Sequence record: SRR22947725_1567
DNA: 20,000 nt
Direction: 5' to 3' (one strand)
Under the pieces are notes generated by a model. It had not been told where the DNA came from and did not search any database. It saw nothing but the letters and a program-made list of their open reading frames with translations. Position numbers and translations under genes: made by a program. Positions 1 to 7,080 of this stretch are shown here, piece after piece; position 1 is the stretch's first letter, and the number at the start of each line of letters is the position of its first letter.

Positions 1-1
1 C

Positions 2-2584
2 CAAGCAAAAATTTTTAATGTCTTGAAGGAGTCAATTAATGGCACCATTCAGGGCGGTGTTGTCGATCTTAAACCAACAGGTGGCTTCGATGCGGGAATA
101 ATGCGTGGCCGATTTAACGACAAGGATTCAGCTCTTTACCTTTGTGGCCTCAAAGGTTGGCAGACAAAAGGAGTGAAAGATGGCGGCTTGTACAGGGTTC
201 GCTACCGCTCACAGGAAAAGGCAATGCCTATTTCTTTAGCTGCTGGAAGTAATGGTTTAAAAATCACTTTTAATCAGAAGGTCGATCCTGTTTCGGCATT
301 AGATGCCGGGAATTACGATATTTCTCAATGGGTCTATGAGATATCTTCAAAGTACGGTTCTCGACGTTATAAGGTTCCAGGGAAGAGTCAGTGGGCCATG
401 AGCAGTGAATTTAGCCCCGTGCCGTTAAAGGAATTAGCCGCTTTTGAAGCTCGAAAATTTGAAGATGAAAAAGCGAAAAGTGCAGCCAAAGCCCAGTTAT
501 ATGAGAAATATGTTGGCGAAGACACTGTAAAAATTAAGTCTATTTCTTTGTCAGATGATGGTAAAACAGTTTTCTTAGAAATACCAACAATTGCACCAGT
601 TATGCAGATGAAAACGTCCTTCAATATAAAGTCGGTATCTGGATCAAAATTGAAGTCAGATATTTATCACACTATCCATAAATTGGCATCTTGGAAAGGA
701 AAGCCAGGTAAAGCGGCGACCAGTGTAGAGTTAGATAAGCCTCAGCCTGGGATTGTAGTCAAATATACTCATAGTGGCCAAAAGAAGAGCGATGTCGTCG
801 TTCAACGTTTAGCAGCGTTTCATATTCCGGAGAAAACATCCATAACGCAATTTTTGGATCATGGTCCTTTTAATGCCCGTATGGATGGTTATGTCGAAGC
901 GGCCCGAAATATGCCGGTGGAATTGTTTACCGCTGGCAAGGGAATAATAACTCTTAGTATAAATGGCAAAGTAATTATTAAAGATAAACCGGTAAGCGCC
1001 GACAGCATTTATAAAGTTGACCTGAAGAAGGGCTTTAATAAGCTCTTAGTGGAGTACGCTAGCCCAGCTCGTGGAGATGCGTCCTTGCGTTTATACTGGC
1101 GTTCAGATGCGTATTTTCCCAAAGAGCCAATCCCCTCGACGGCACTTTATCACGAAGCCGGCCAAGAAGATGTAATTGCTTCAAAAATGTTGCGTAAGGG
1201 TTTAGAGCTGGCCTTAGAAAATAAGTGTTTCAGTTGCCATTCAGAAAAAGATAGTTTAATCCCAGAGTTGAATGAAAGTCAGCATTCATTGGCAGACTTA
1301 AGTAAACGCCTCAATCCTGCTTGGATCACTTCTTGGTTGAGAAACCCGAAGGATATGAGGGAGTCAGCTCGAATGCCTGCTTTATTGCAGAACCTTCCGG
1401 AGCACGAATGGGAAAAAGCAGCTCGCGATATTGCGGCTTATTTAACAGATGGTCCTAAAGACTCCGTTCCCGCTAAAGGAGATTTGGCGTCGGGGTCTAA
1501 GCTTTTCGGTGATTTAGGGTGTGCCTCCTGCCATGCTTTCAAAGAAGACGATTTAGAAGAAAGTATGATTTCTCTTGAGTATGCCGACTTTAAGTTTAAA
1601 GCTGGAGCGATGAGCCATTTTATGCAGAATCCTCAGCAGTATAATAAAAAGAGTCGTATGCCTAACTTTTCGTTGACGGAACAAGAAGCCCACGATCTCG
1701 AGGTTTATGTTCGTTCAAAGGCTAAGAAGATGATGTCTGCTCAGGTCATTGGTGATAGCCAAAGCGGTAAAACTTACTTTAACAAATTGAATTGTGCTTC
1801 CTGTCACTCGGGTACAGATCAATCAGCAGTGAGTGTCACGAGTCTCTTTGGTAAAAGTGGTGGTTGCCTGACTGGCGGTGGGCATGGTAAACCCAAATAT
1901 TCTTTAAGTGGAAAAGACAAAGAGGCCCTAGCTTATTTTGTTAAGAATGGTCAGGAGTCTGTTAAGCACGACCAGCCGATGGAGTTCACCTCAAGGCAGC
2001 TAAAAAATCTTAACTGTAATAATTGCCATTCTCTGGATCACATGGCTGCGAATTGGCAGTCGCCTAATGTTAAGCCTTCAGACCTGCCGCCGTCAATTAC
2101 CCATGCCGGAGAAAAAGTTATGGGGGCCTATTTGAAGAAGATCTTTAATGGCGAGACAGAGAAGATGCGTCCTTGGATGGCAGCCCGTATGCCATCATTT
2201 AAGCATCAGGCCGATGGTCTAGCAGATGGTTTGGCCGCAATGCATGGCTTTTCCAGTGAAGCAGATAGCGCTGTTAAAGGCGATAATGAGATAGGAGATA
2301 AACTTTCAAGGCAGACAGGGTTTGCTTGTATCGTATGTCACGCCATTGGCAGTGATAAGGCCTTAGCGCCTTTTGGTGCGCCTGGGTTAAATCTTTCTTT
2401 AGCTGGCGAACGCCTGCGTTTTGATTATTATATGCGCTGGATGTTGAATCCACAAAGAGTTATTCCATCGACTCACATGACGCGCTTTTCAAATGATCAT
2501 AAGACGACAGCATTGCCACAGCTAGAAGGGAATGCCGATAAACAGTTTAAGGCCATTTGGTCTTATATTAAAACCCTTAAGTAG
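2..2584 (+). CDS. Large multi-domain multiheme c-type cytochrome, 5'-truncated (beta-rich N-terminal region + PA14-like domain + 5 CxxCH cytochrome c domains)
   Basis: The frame is open from base 2 (QAKIFNVLKES...), so the real start lies upstream and the track's TTG at 23 is probably internal. Five CxxCH motifs: CFSCH 1226-1240, CASCH 1520-1534, CASCH 1793-1807, CNNCH 2015-2029, CIVCH 2327-2341. Class I cytochrome c features include WLRNP..RMP, MQNP..RMP and WMLNP..HM. A PA14-like segment (GPFNARMDG...LRLYW...EPIPSTALYH) spans ~743-1153. Confidence 0.85.
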   Translation, partial: QAKIFNVLKESINGTIQGGVVDLKPTGGFDAGIMRGRFNDKDSALYLCGLKGWQTKGVKDGGLYRVRYRSQEKAMPISLAAGSNGLKITFNQKVDPVSALDAGNYDISQWVYEISSKYGSRRYKVPGKSQWAMSSEFSPVPLKELAAFEARKFEDEKAKSAAKAQLYEKYVGEDTVKIKSISLSDDGKTVFLEIPTIAPVMQMKTSFNIKSVSGSKLKSDIYHTIHKLASWKGKPGKAATSVELDKPQPGIVVKYTHSGQKKSDVVVQRLAAFHIPEKTSITQFLDHGPFNARMDGYVEAARNMPVELFTAGKGIITLSINGKVIIKDKPVSADSIYKVDLKKGFNKLLVEYASPARGDASLRLYWRSDAYFPKEPIPSTALYHEAGQEDVIASKMLRKGLELALENKCFSCHSEKDSLIPELNESQHSLADLSKRLNPAWITSWLRNPKDMRESARMPALLQNLPEHEWEKAARDIAAYLTDGPKDSVPAKGDLASGSKLFGDLGCASCHAFKEDDLEESMISLEYADFKFKAGAMSHFMQNPQQYNKKSRMPNFSLTEQEAHDLEVYVRSKAKKMMSAQVIGDSQSGKTYFNKLNCASCHSGTDQSAVSVTSLFGKSGGCLTGGGHGKPKYSLSGKDKEALAYFVKNGQESVKHDQPMEFTSRQLKNLNCNNCHSLDHMAANWQSPNVKPSDLPPSITHAGEKVMGAYLKKIFNGETEKMRPWMAARMPSFKHQADGLADGLAAMHGFSSEADSAVKGDNEIGDKLSRQTGFACIVCHAIGSDKALAPFGAPGLNLSLAGERLRFDYYMRWMLNPQRVIPSTHMTRFSNDHKTTALPQLEGNADKQFKAIWSYIKTLK

Positions 2585-2588
2585 CCAT

Positions 2589-2620
2589 AAAAAAGCGTCA
2601 ATAGAGAACTATTGACGCTT
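2589..2620 (-). terminator. Intrinsic terminator for the minus-strand small gene, possibly bidirectional
   Basis: Perfect 12-bp inverted repeat AAGCGTCAATAG (2593-2604), loop AGAA, CTATTGACGCTT (2609-2620). The A-run at 2589-2594 gives a U-tract on the minus strand. It lies between two convergent stop codons. Confidence 0.85.
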
Positions 2621-2640
2621 AAAGAATCTTTTAGAAAAGT

Positions 2641-2898
2641 TTACTTCTTCTCTTTTTTATTTTTCTTAAATTCTTTTACAGCAGCCATGCGGGCTTCTTT
2701 AGCTTGTTCTTTGGTGAGTTCGCCGGCTTTTACTTTCTTTTTGATTTCGTCAATTTTGGCCTTTAGCTCAGCTGGCATTTCTTTTTTTTGCTTTTTCTTC
2801 ATTTCTTCCGGAGCTTCTTTTTTGCCTTCTTCAGCAAACGCCGGAGTAGCAGTGGCAACAAAGAGTCCAGCAGTTAAAGCCATAAGTAGTTTATTCAT
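2641..2898 (-). CDS. Small secreted Lys/Glu-rich helical protein (85 aa), function unknown
   Basis: Sec signal peptide MNKLLMALTAGLFVATATPAFA|EE with an AxA cleavage site, an AGGA Shine-Dalgarno upstream, and its own promoter and terminator. Confidence 0.85.
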   Translation of the reverse strand: MNKLLMALTAGLFVATATPAFAEEGKKEAPEEMKKKQKKEMPAELKAKIDEIKKKVKAGELTKEQAKEARMAAVKEFKKNKKEKK

Positions 2899-2977
2899 TC
2901 ATTTGTTCCTGTTTTAATCGTCATTTAAACTACGGTATACTCTTCGCAGAAAGCAAAGACTATCCATACACCAGTAC

Positions 2978-3006
2978 TTTATATCAAAAGTATGTTTTTT
3001 GTGCAA
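2978..3006 (-). promoter_or_regulatory. Sigma70-type promoter for the small secreted protein gene
   Basis: Minus strand: TTGCAC (3006-3001), 17 nt spacer, TATAAA (2983-2978), preceded by an extended -10 TG (TGATATAAA). Confidence 0.6.
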
Positions 3007-3154
3007 GACAGTAGAACACGAATATATGATACATTTTGGGGACATAAAATGAAGTCTTTTAGGGGGTCTCCCTTAAAAGTGAGGGCTCTGTTTCATTAAC
3101 TTTGCTCAAGTTAATTGAATTCTTGCCGGCGCGATACTTGAAAAAAGGCGCTAT

Positions 3155-3185
3155 TTGCTTTTTATTGGACGTCTGGCAGTATAAT
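3155..3185 (+). promoter_or_regulatory. Putative sigma70 promoter for the adenylating enzyme/reductase/ADH operon
   Basis: Perfect TATAAT at 3180-3185. The best -35 (TTGCTT, 3155-3160) has a non-optimal 19-nt spacer. Confidence 0.4.
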
Positions 3186-3365
3186 CTCGGAAGTAACAGC
3201 CGCCCAGGTTAGATACATGGGTTTTACCTAAATAAGATTCCGAGAAATGTCCCCTGAAACTTTGGGGGCGACTTACATGATTTTATTGAAATTTGGCTCT
3301 TATAAAGCAGGCATTTGTGTGCTCGTTTTAGGGGACGAAACTTAAAGATTTAGGTTACTTGGAGG
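3186..3365 (+). ncRNA. Candidate structured 5' leader or cis-regulatory RNA, no known family recognised
   Basis: Complementary segments: GTCCCCTGAAAC 3249-3260 with GTTTTAGGGGAC 3325-3336 (12 bp, one G-U); ACCTAAAT 3226-3233 with ATTTAGGT 3348-3355; AAGTAAC 3191-3197 with GTTACTT 3354-3360; alternative CTCGGAA 3186-3192 with TTCCGAG 3238-3244. Confidence 0.3.
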
Positions 3366-3373
3366 TTGTACTT

Positions 3374-4456
3374 ATGGCTGAGACTATCGATGTCGCCGGT
3401 TCCGCAGAGGCGCGTGAAAAGCTAGATATTCATTTACAAGAAATTATCAAATGGCACTTTTCAGAAGATACAGGTTGCCCTTTTTGGTTAAATTGGAAGA
3501 AAGAAGCAGGTTGGGATCCAATTGCTGAAGTTAAAACCTTTGAAGATATAAATAAATTTCCGCATTTTCAGGACGAATGGTTACGTGATGTTACTAATTC
3601 AGAATGGATACCTCAGCCTTTTAAAGGTAAGCCTTTTAAAGTTTTTGAAACTGGGGGGACGACTGGTATTCCAAAGCAGAGGATTGCCTGGGAAGATCAC
3701 TTGCACGATTATTCAGAGTTTTCAGATACATTGGAAGGCGAGTATTTCCCTAAAGGTGGAAATTGGTTAATGGTAGGACCTACTGGGCCGCGCCGTTTGC
3801 GCTTAGCCATAGAGCACCTAGCTAATGTCCGTGGTGGATCCTGTTATTTTGTCGATATGGACCCGCGTTTTGTAAAAAAGCTTATCAGCGAAGGTCATTA
3901 TGATATGGCCAATAAGTATAAGCATCATGTTGTCGATCAAGCTTTAGCAATTCTGAAGAACCGTCCTATTTCAAGTTTATTTACAACACCTAAGATTCTA
4001 GAAGCGATGGGCGAGCGTTGTGATATCGCCCGTTACGGGATTAAAGGCTGTTTTTGTGGCGGGACTTCTATGACCCCTCAATTACTTCGTTTTTTACAGG
4101 AAGAAGTCCTTGGTGAAAATGGTAAACTTGTGCCGACTTACGGCAATACTCTGATGGGTTTAGCTTGTAGTGAAGATAATTTAGTCGAGAGTGGTTATAA
4201 CGTCGTTTATCATGCGCCACAACCTCGCGCCGTTTTGAGGATTGTTGACCCTGAGAATACAAAAAATTTAGTTGAGTATGGCGAATGGGGACGAGTGGAG
4301 CTTACCACTTTAACAAAAGAGATTTTTGTTCCTCGTTTCCTCGAACGCGATGAGGCTTTGCGTTGTAAGCCTACAGAAAGGTGGCCTTGGGATGGCGTTG
4401 GCGGGGTAAGGCCTTTTGGCGCCTCAAAAACAAAGATTGTTGAAGGAGTTTACTAA
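3374..4456 (+). CDS. EhpF/GriC-like truncated ANL-superfamily adenylating enzyme (phenylacetate-CoA ligase/LuxE-related fold)
   Basis: P-loop FETGGTTGIPK, A5-like YGNTL, A7-like FLERD, GPTGP and a C-terminal EGVY. At ~360 aa it lacks the usual ANL C-terminal subdomain. The start was moved to ATG 3374 because GGAGG (3361-3365) lies 8 nt upstream. Confidence 0.75.
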   Translation: MAETIDVAGSAEAREKLDIHLQEIIKWHFSEDTGCPFWLNWKKEAGWDPIAEVKTFEDINKFPHFQDEWLRDVTNSEWIPQPFKGKPFKVFETGGTTGIPKQRIAWEDHLHDYSEFSDTLEGEYFPKGGNWLMVGPTGPRRLRLAIEHLANVRGGSCYFVDMDPRFVKKLISEGHYDMANKYKHHVVDQALAILKNRPISSLFTTPKILEAMGERCDIARYGIKGCFCGGTSMTPQLLRFLQEEVLGENGKLVPTYGNTLMGLACSEDNLVESGYNVVYHAPQPRAVLRIVDPENTKNLVEYGEWGRVELTTLTKEIFVPRFLERDEALRCKPTERWPWDGVGGVRPFGASKTKIVEGVY

Positions 4457-5880
4457 TGATTCGCATACCGACACTCAGGCTGGGTGAAGAGTATATGAGT
4501 CTGGATATGACAGAAGTAAAGGACTGCCGAACTGGTGAAGTCCTTGCCGAAGTCTCCACTGTGAATGGCGGTATTGTTCGCCGCGACTTAACCTTTCAGA
4601 TCGCTAAGGCGAGAGCAGCTCTAAAAAAGTTTACTGTTCAAGAATTACTCGACATATCCAAAAAAGCCGCTGATATTTTCATGAATGGAACGGTCCCTTG
4701 TGGAAATGTCATGCAGTCAGCTCAGGACTATGTTGAAACTCTTTCTAAAACGAGTGGCTTGCCCCACAATATGTGCCGGGCGAATATGGCCAAAGTTTTC
4801 GAAGTTATGGATGATATGCCGACTATTCTCAAAGGCCTGACGCGTAATTTGGACCTAAGTGTTCTCGATAAAGGCTGTATCGTTCAAGATGGCGTTGGCA
4901 TTAGTTATACCTGTGATGCCGATTCACTCGGAATTGTTTTGCCGAGTAATTCCCCTGGTGTCAATTCTTTGTGGATCCCTTCTATAATTTTAAAAGTGCC
5001 GGTAGTCTTAAAGCCGGGTAGAGAAGAACCTTGGACGCCTCTTCGTCTCATTCAATCATTTATTCAGGCAGGTTGCCCGAAAGAGGCATTTGGTTATTAC
5101 CCTACCGATCACGATGGGGCAGACTCTATACTGACATACTGCGGTAAAGGAATTATCTTTGGCGATCAAAAGACGACTGATCGTTATAAGAATAATTTAA
5201 ATATCGAAAAGCATGGGCCTGGTTTCAGTAAGATTATTATTGGGGAAGATAAAATTGATGAATGGCCAGATCTATTAGATCATCTAGTGAATTCAGTTGC
5301 CAAAAATAGCGGTCGAAGCTGTATTAATACGTCGGCGATTGTTGTGCCACGGCACGGAGAAAAAATAGCTCGTGCGATCGGTGAACGTTTAGCAGAGATA
5401 GGCCCAAAAAGTGTTGATGACGAAACCGCGAAGCTTTCGGCTTTTGCCAATCCGGCTATGGCTAATTGGATAGATGGGACCATTACTTCAGAACTCGAAG
5501 AAACTGCCGGTGCCGTTGATTGTGCTTTGCAGTCGAGAGGAACAGCGCGAATGCAGGAGTTTGAAGGCGCGACTTATATTTTGCCTTCAGTAATCTACTG
5601 TGAATCATTTGAACATCCTCTCGCCAATCGCGAGTTTATGTGCCCTTATGTCGCCGTAAGTGAATTACCCGAAGACGAAATGTTGGAACAAATAGGTCCA
5701 TCATTGGTCTTAAGCGTATTCTCTGACAATGAAGAGTTCGTCCATAAACTTTTTGATTTTAAGGATGCCGGTCGATTAAACCTTAATTTACCGACAACTT
5801 ATGTTTCTTGGGACCAACCACACGAAGGGAATTTATTTGAATTTCTTTATGTGAGAAAAGCAATTCAAACCATCAGATAA
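4456..5880 (+). CDS. ALDH-superfamily protein, EhpG/GriD-like (LuxC-related) acyl-AMP/acyl reductase
   Basis: Motifs LPSNSP (oxyanion Asn), LKPGREEP, NSGRSCINTS (catalytic Cys, codon 5320-5322) and REFMCPY. HGPG replaces ELGG. There is a TAATG stop/start overlap with the upstream gene and an AAGGAG SD at 4443-4448. Confidence 0.8.
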   Translation: MIRIPTLRLGEEYMSLDMTEVKDCRTGEVLAEVSTVNGGIVRRDLTFQIAKARAALKKFTVQELLDISKKAADIFMNGTVPCGNVMQSAQDYVETLSKTSGLPHNMCRANMAKVFEVMDDMPTILKGLTRNLDLSVLDKGCIVQDGVGISYTCDADSLGIVLPSNSPGVNSLWIPSIILKVPVVLKPGREEPWTPLRLIQSFIQAGCPKEAFGYYPTDHDGADSILTYCGKGIIFGDQKTTDRYKNNLNIEKHGPGFSKIIIGEDKIDEWPDLLDHLVNSVAKNSGRSCINTSAIVVPRHGEKIARAIGERLAEIGPKSVDDETAKLSAFANPAMANWIDGTITSELEETAGAVDCALQSRGTARMQEFEGATYILPSVIYCESFEHPLANREFMCPYVAVSELPEDEMLEQIGPSLVLSVFSDNEEFVHKLFDFKDAGRLNLNLPTTYVSWDQPHEGNLFEFLYVRKAIQTIR

Positions 5881-5896
5881 AGTAAACAGGTTGGGT

Positions 5897-7051
5897 ATGG
5901 ATATTTTAAGTGAATTTCAGACTGTCGTTAAGCCTAAGTTAGTCTATGGGCCGGGAGTTCTTGCTAAGGTTCCGAATCTTGTTCAAGAAATAGGTGCTAA
6001 ACGAATTTTTATCGTTACTGATAATGGGATTTTGAAGGCGGGGTATCCGGAACGCTTACAGAAACTCCTTCTTGAAGCAGACTTAGTCATAGACATCTAC
6101 AGCGATTGTCATGAAAACCCCACTGAAACGGATGCCGAAAAGTGTGCTGTCGCAGCTCGGAATTTTGGCCCAGATTTGATTATTGGCTTAGGTGGTGGCA
6201 GCAGTATGGATACAGCCAAAGCCTGTAACTTTCTAGTTAGTAATGGCGGTCGTATGGAGGATTACCATGGCTATGGAAAGGCAACTCAAGCAATGTTGCC
6301 GCTGATTTGCGTTCCTACAACTTCGGGGACTGGGAGCGAATGCCAGTCCTTTGCGTTAATTTCACGAGATAAAGATCATAGTAAGATGGCCTGTGGCGAT
6401 ACTAAGAATGCTGCCCTTTATGCTGTTTTAGATCCCGAGTTAACTCTGAGCCAACCTAGAGAGGTGACTGCCAATACGGGAATTGATGCTCTAGCACACG
6501 CTATTGAAACTTATGTGAGTTTAAAGTCAACGCCTTATTCGCGCTTATTTGCAGCCGAAGCTTTCAGGTTATTGGCAATAGCTTTTCCGAAAGTTTTGAG
6601 AGAACCTGAAAACCTTGCTGCCCGTGGAGCTATGCAATTGGGCGCAGCTTACGCGGGGGTTGCCATAGAAAATAGCATGTTGGGCGCGGCTCATGGGAGT
6701 GCCAATCCATTGACAGCTCGTTATGCTACGACTCATGGACAAGCTGTCGGCCTTATGTTACCGGCAGTCATTCGAAGAAATAGCCAAGATGAAGTTGTGG
6801 CTGATGATTATTCTTCATTATTGGCTTCTGTAGCTGCTGACGACGATTGCCAATTCTCAAGGTTAGATCTACTTGTTGAAAGTCATTTATCGGTAGCGGG
6901 CTTACCATTGCGCTTGTCTGAATTGGGCGTCGACAGTGATCGTATTCCAGAGATGGCTCTTGATGCAGAAAGCCAATGGACCTCATCTTTTAATCCAATT
7001 CTACTAGGTGAACGAGATTTTCTTGAGTTGTACTCCTCAGTTCTCGAGTAA
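5897..7051 (+). CDS. Iron-containing (family III) alcohol dehydrogenase
   Basis: Motifs IVTD, GLGGGSSMDTAK and PTTSGTGSE, plus metal-ligand motifs DALAHAIE, GAAH and THGQAV. Start is ATG 5897, with TTG 5891 as an alternative. Confidence 0.92.
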   Translation: MDILSEFQTVVKPKLVYGPGVLAKVPNLVQEIGAKRIFIVTDNGILKAGYPERLQKLLLEADLVIDIYSDCHENPTETDAEKCAVAARNFGPDLIIGLGGGSSMDTAKACNFLVSNGGRMEDYHGYGKATQAMLPLICVPTTSGTGSECQSFALISRDKDHSKMACGDTKNAALYAVLDPELTLSQPREVTANTGIDALAHAIETYVSLKSTPYSRLFAAEAFRLLAIAFPKVLREPENLAARGAMQLGAAYAGVAIENSMLGAAHGSANPLTARYATTHGQAVGLMLPAVIRRNSQDEVVADDYSSLLASVAADDDCQFSRLDLLVESHLSVAGLPLRLSELGVDSDRIPEMALDAESQWTSSFNPILLGERDFLELYSSVLE

Positions 7052-7080
7052 AAGCACACAGTGACTTCTTGTTTTTTCTT

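Noticed and set aside
2612-2917. 101-aa Phe/Ser-rich plus-strand ORF
   Set aside because: It is the antisense shadow of the Lys/Glu-rich secreted gene and starts inside the terminator hairpin.
3238-3345. Hammerhead ribozyme (GTCC...GGACGAAAC resembles stem II plus the GAAA core)
   Set aside because: The required CUGANGA 5' of stem II is absent (the sequence is CCGAGAAAT), and no stems I/III with an NUH site were found.
3186-3365. tmRNA (GGGGGCGAC), 6S RNA, or c-di-GMP-I, c-di-AMP, glycine or ZTP riboswitch
   Set aside because: Only short fragments match. There is no GGATTCGAC or tRNA-like 3' end, no symmetric 6S rod with a central bubble, and the riboswitch core motifs are not present in order. 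A cmscan is needed to be definitive.
3374-5880. Phenazine, grixazone or lux cluster assignment (ehpF/ehpG, griC/griD, luxE/luxC symbols)
   Set aside because: No phz, griH/griI or luxA/B/D genes are in the window, and family resemblance does not establish orthology or substrate.
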